Shown in pieces: positions 63,793 to 64,000 of a stretch of 64,000 nucleotides of DNA (the first letter of the stretch is position 1; every line of letters begins with the position of its first letter). Source of the stretch: Paragordius varius. Lineage: Eukaryota; Animalia; Nematomorpha. The notes beneath the pieces are model-generated. The model saw nothing but the letters and a program-made list of their open reading frames with translations, was not told the DNA's origin and made no database searches. The translations under genes were made by a program, and so were the position numbers. The stretch lies in the NCBI GenBank assembly GCA_964247055.1, contig OZ176055.1:1426001-1490000 (forward strand), read 5' to 3'.

Positions 63793-64000
63793 CTAAATAT
63801 GCATAAACAACGGTATTGTAAAGCCAACCTCAATTTGTTTTCACAGTCAGTAATAAAATGTTTTAAGGTCAATGTTATCCTAATTTTTAAAGGGTGTTCC
63901 CTTTACAAGAGGTTACAGATTGTATTGTATGAAATAACTCAATCTTTCGTCTGCCGAGGGCTGACAGTGATGAAAAGGTGCAATTTAACCGAAGTAACAC

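Overview
This is very AT-rich genomic DNA from a metazoan, probably an invertebrate; the species cannot be determined from the sequence alone. I hand-spliced nine protein-coding loci, checking splice phases at each junction: (1) an orphan secreted block-charged protein (+, 6 exons); (2) a 19-exon GRAMD1/Aster sterol transporter of about 1260 aa (-) with large low-complexity insertions inside its GRAM and VASt domains; (3) an intronless glucocerebrosidase; (4) an intronless, divergent aminergic-type GPCR interrupted by one extra base in a T8 run; (5) DPH6; (6, 7) a head-to-head pair of 11-exon D-2-hydroxyacid dehydrogenase paralogs; (8) a secreted SOUL-family protein; (9) the 3' part of a Pax6-like gene. 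The most unusual signals are ultra-short spliceosomal introns (21-30 nt, cross-validated between the paralogs) next to kb-scale introns inflated by MITEs, and a strongly relaxed 5' splice-site consensus. There is also a dense set of foldback/MITE elements, including two related families with 21-bp modular TIRs and two palindromes of about 1-1.2 kb. I found no rRNA, tRNA or CRISPR arrays. Repeat boundaries are approximate and were read by eye.
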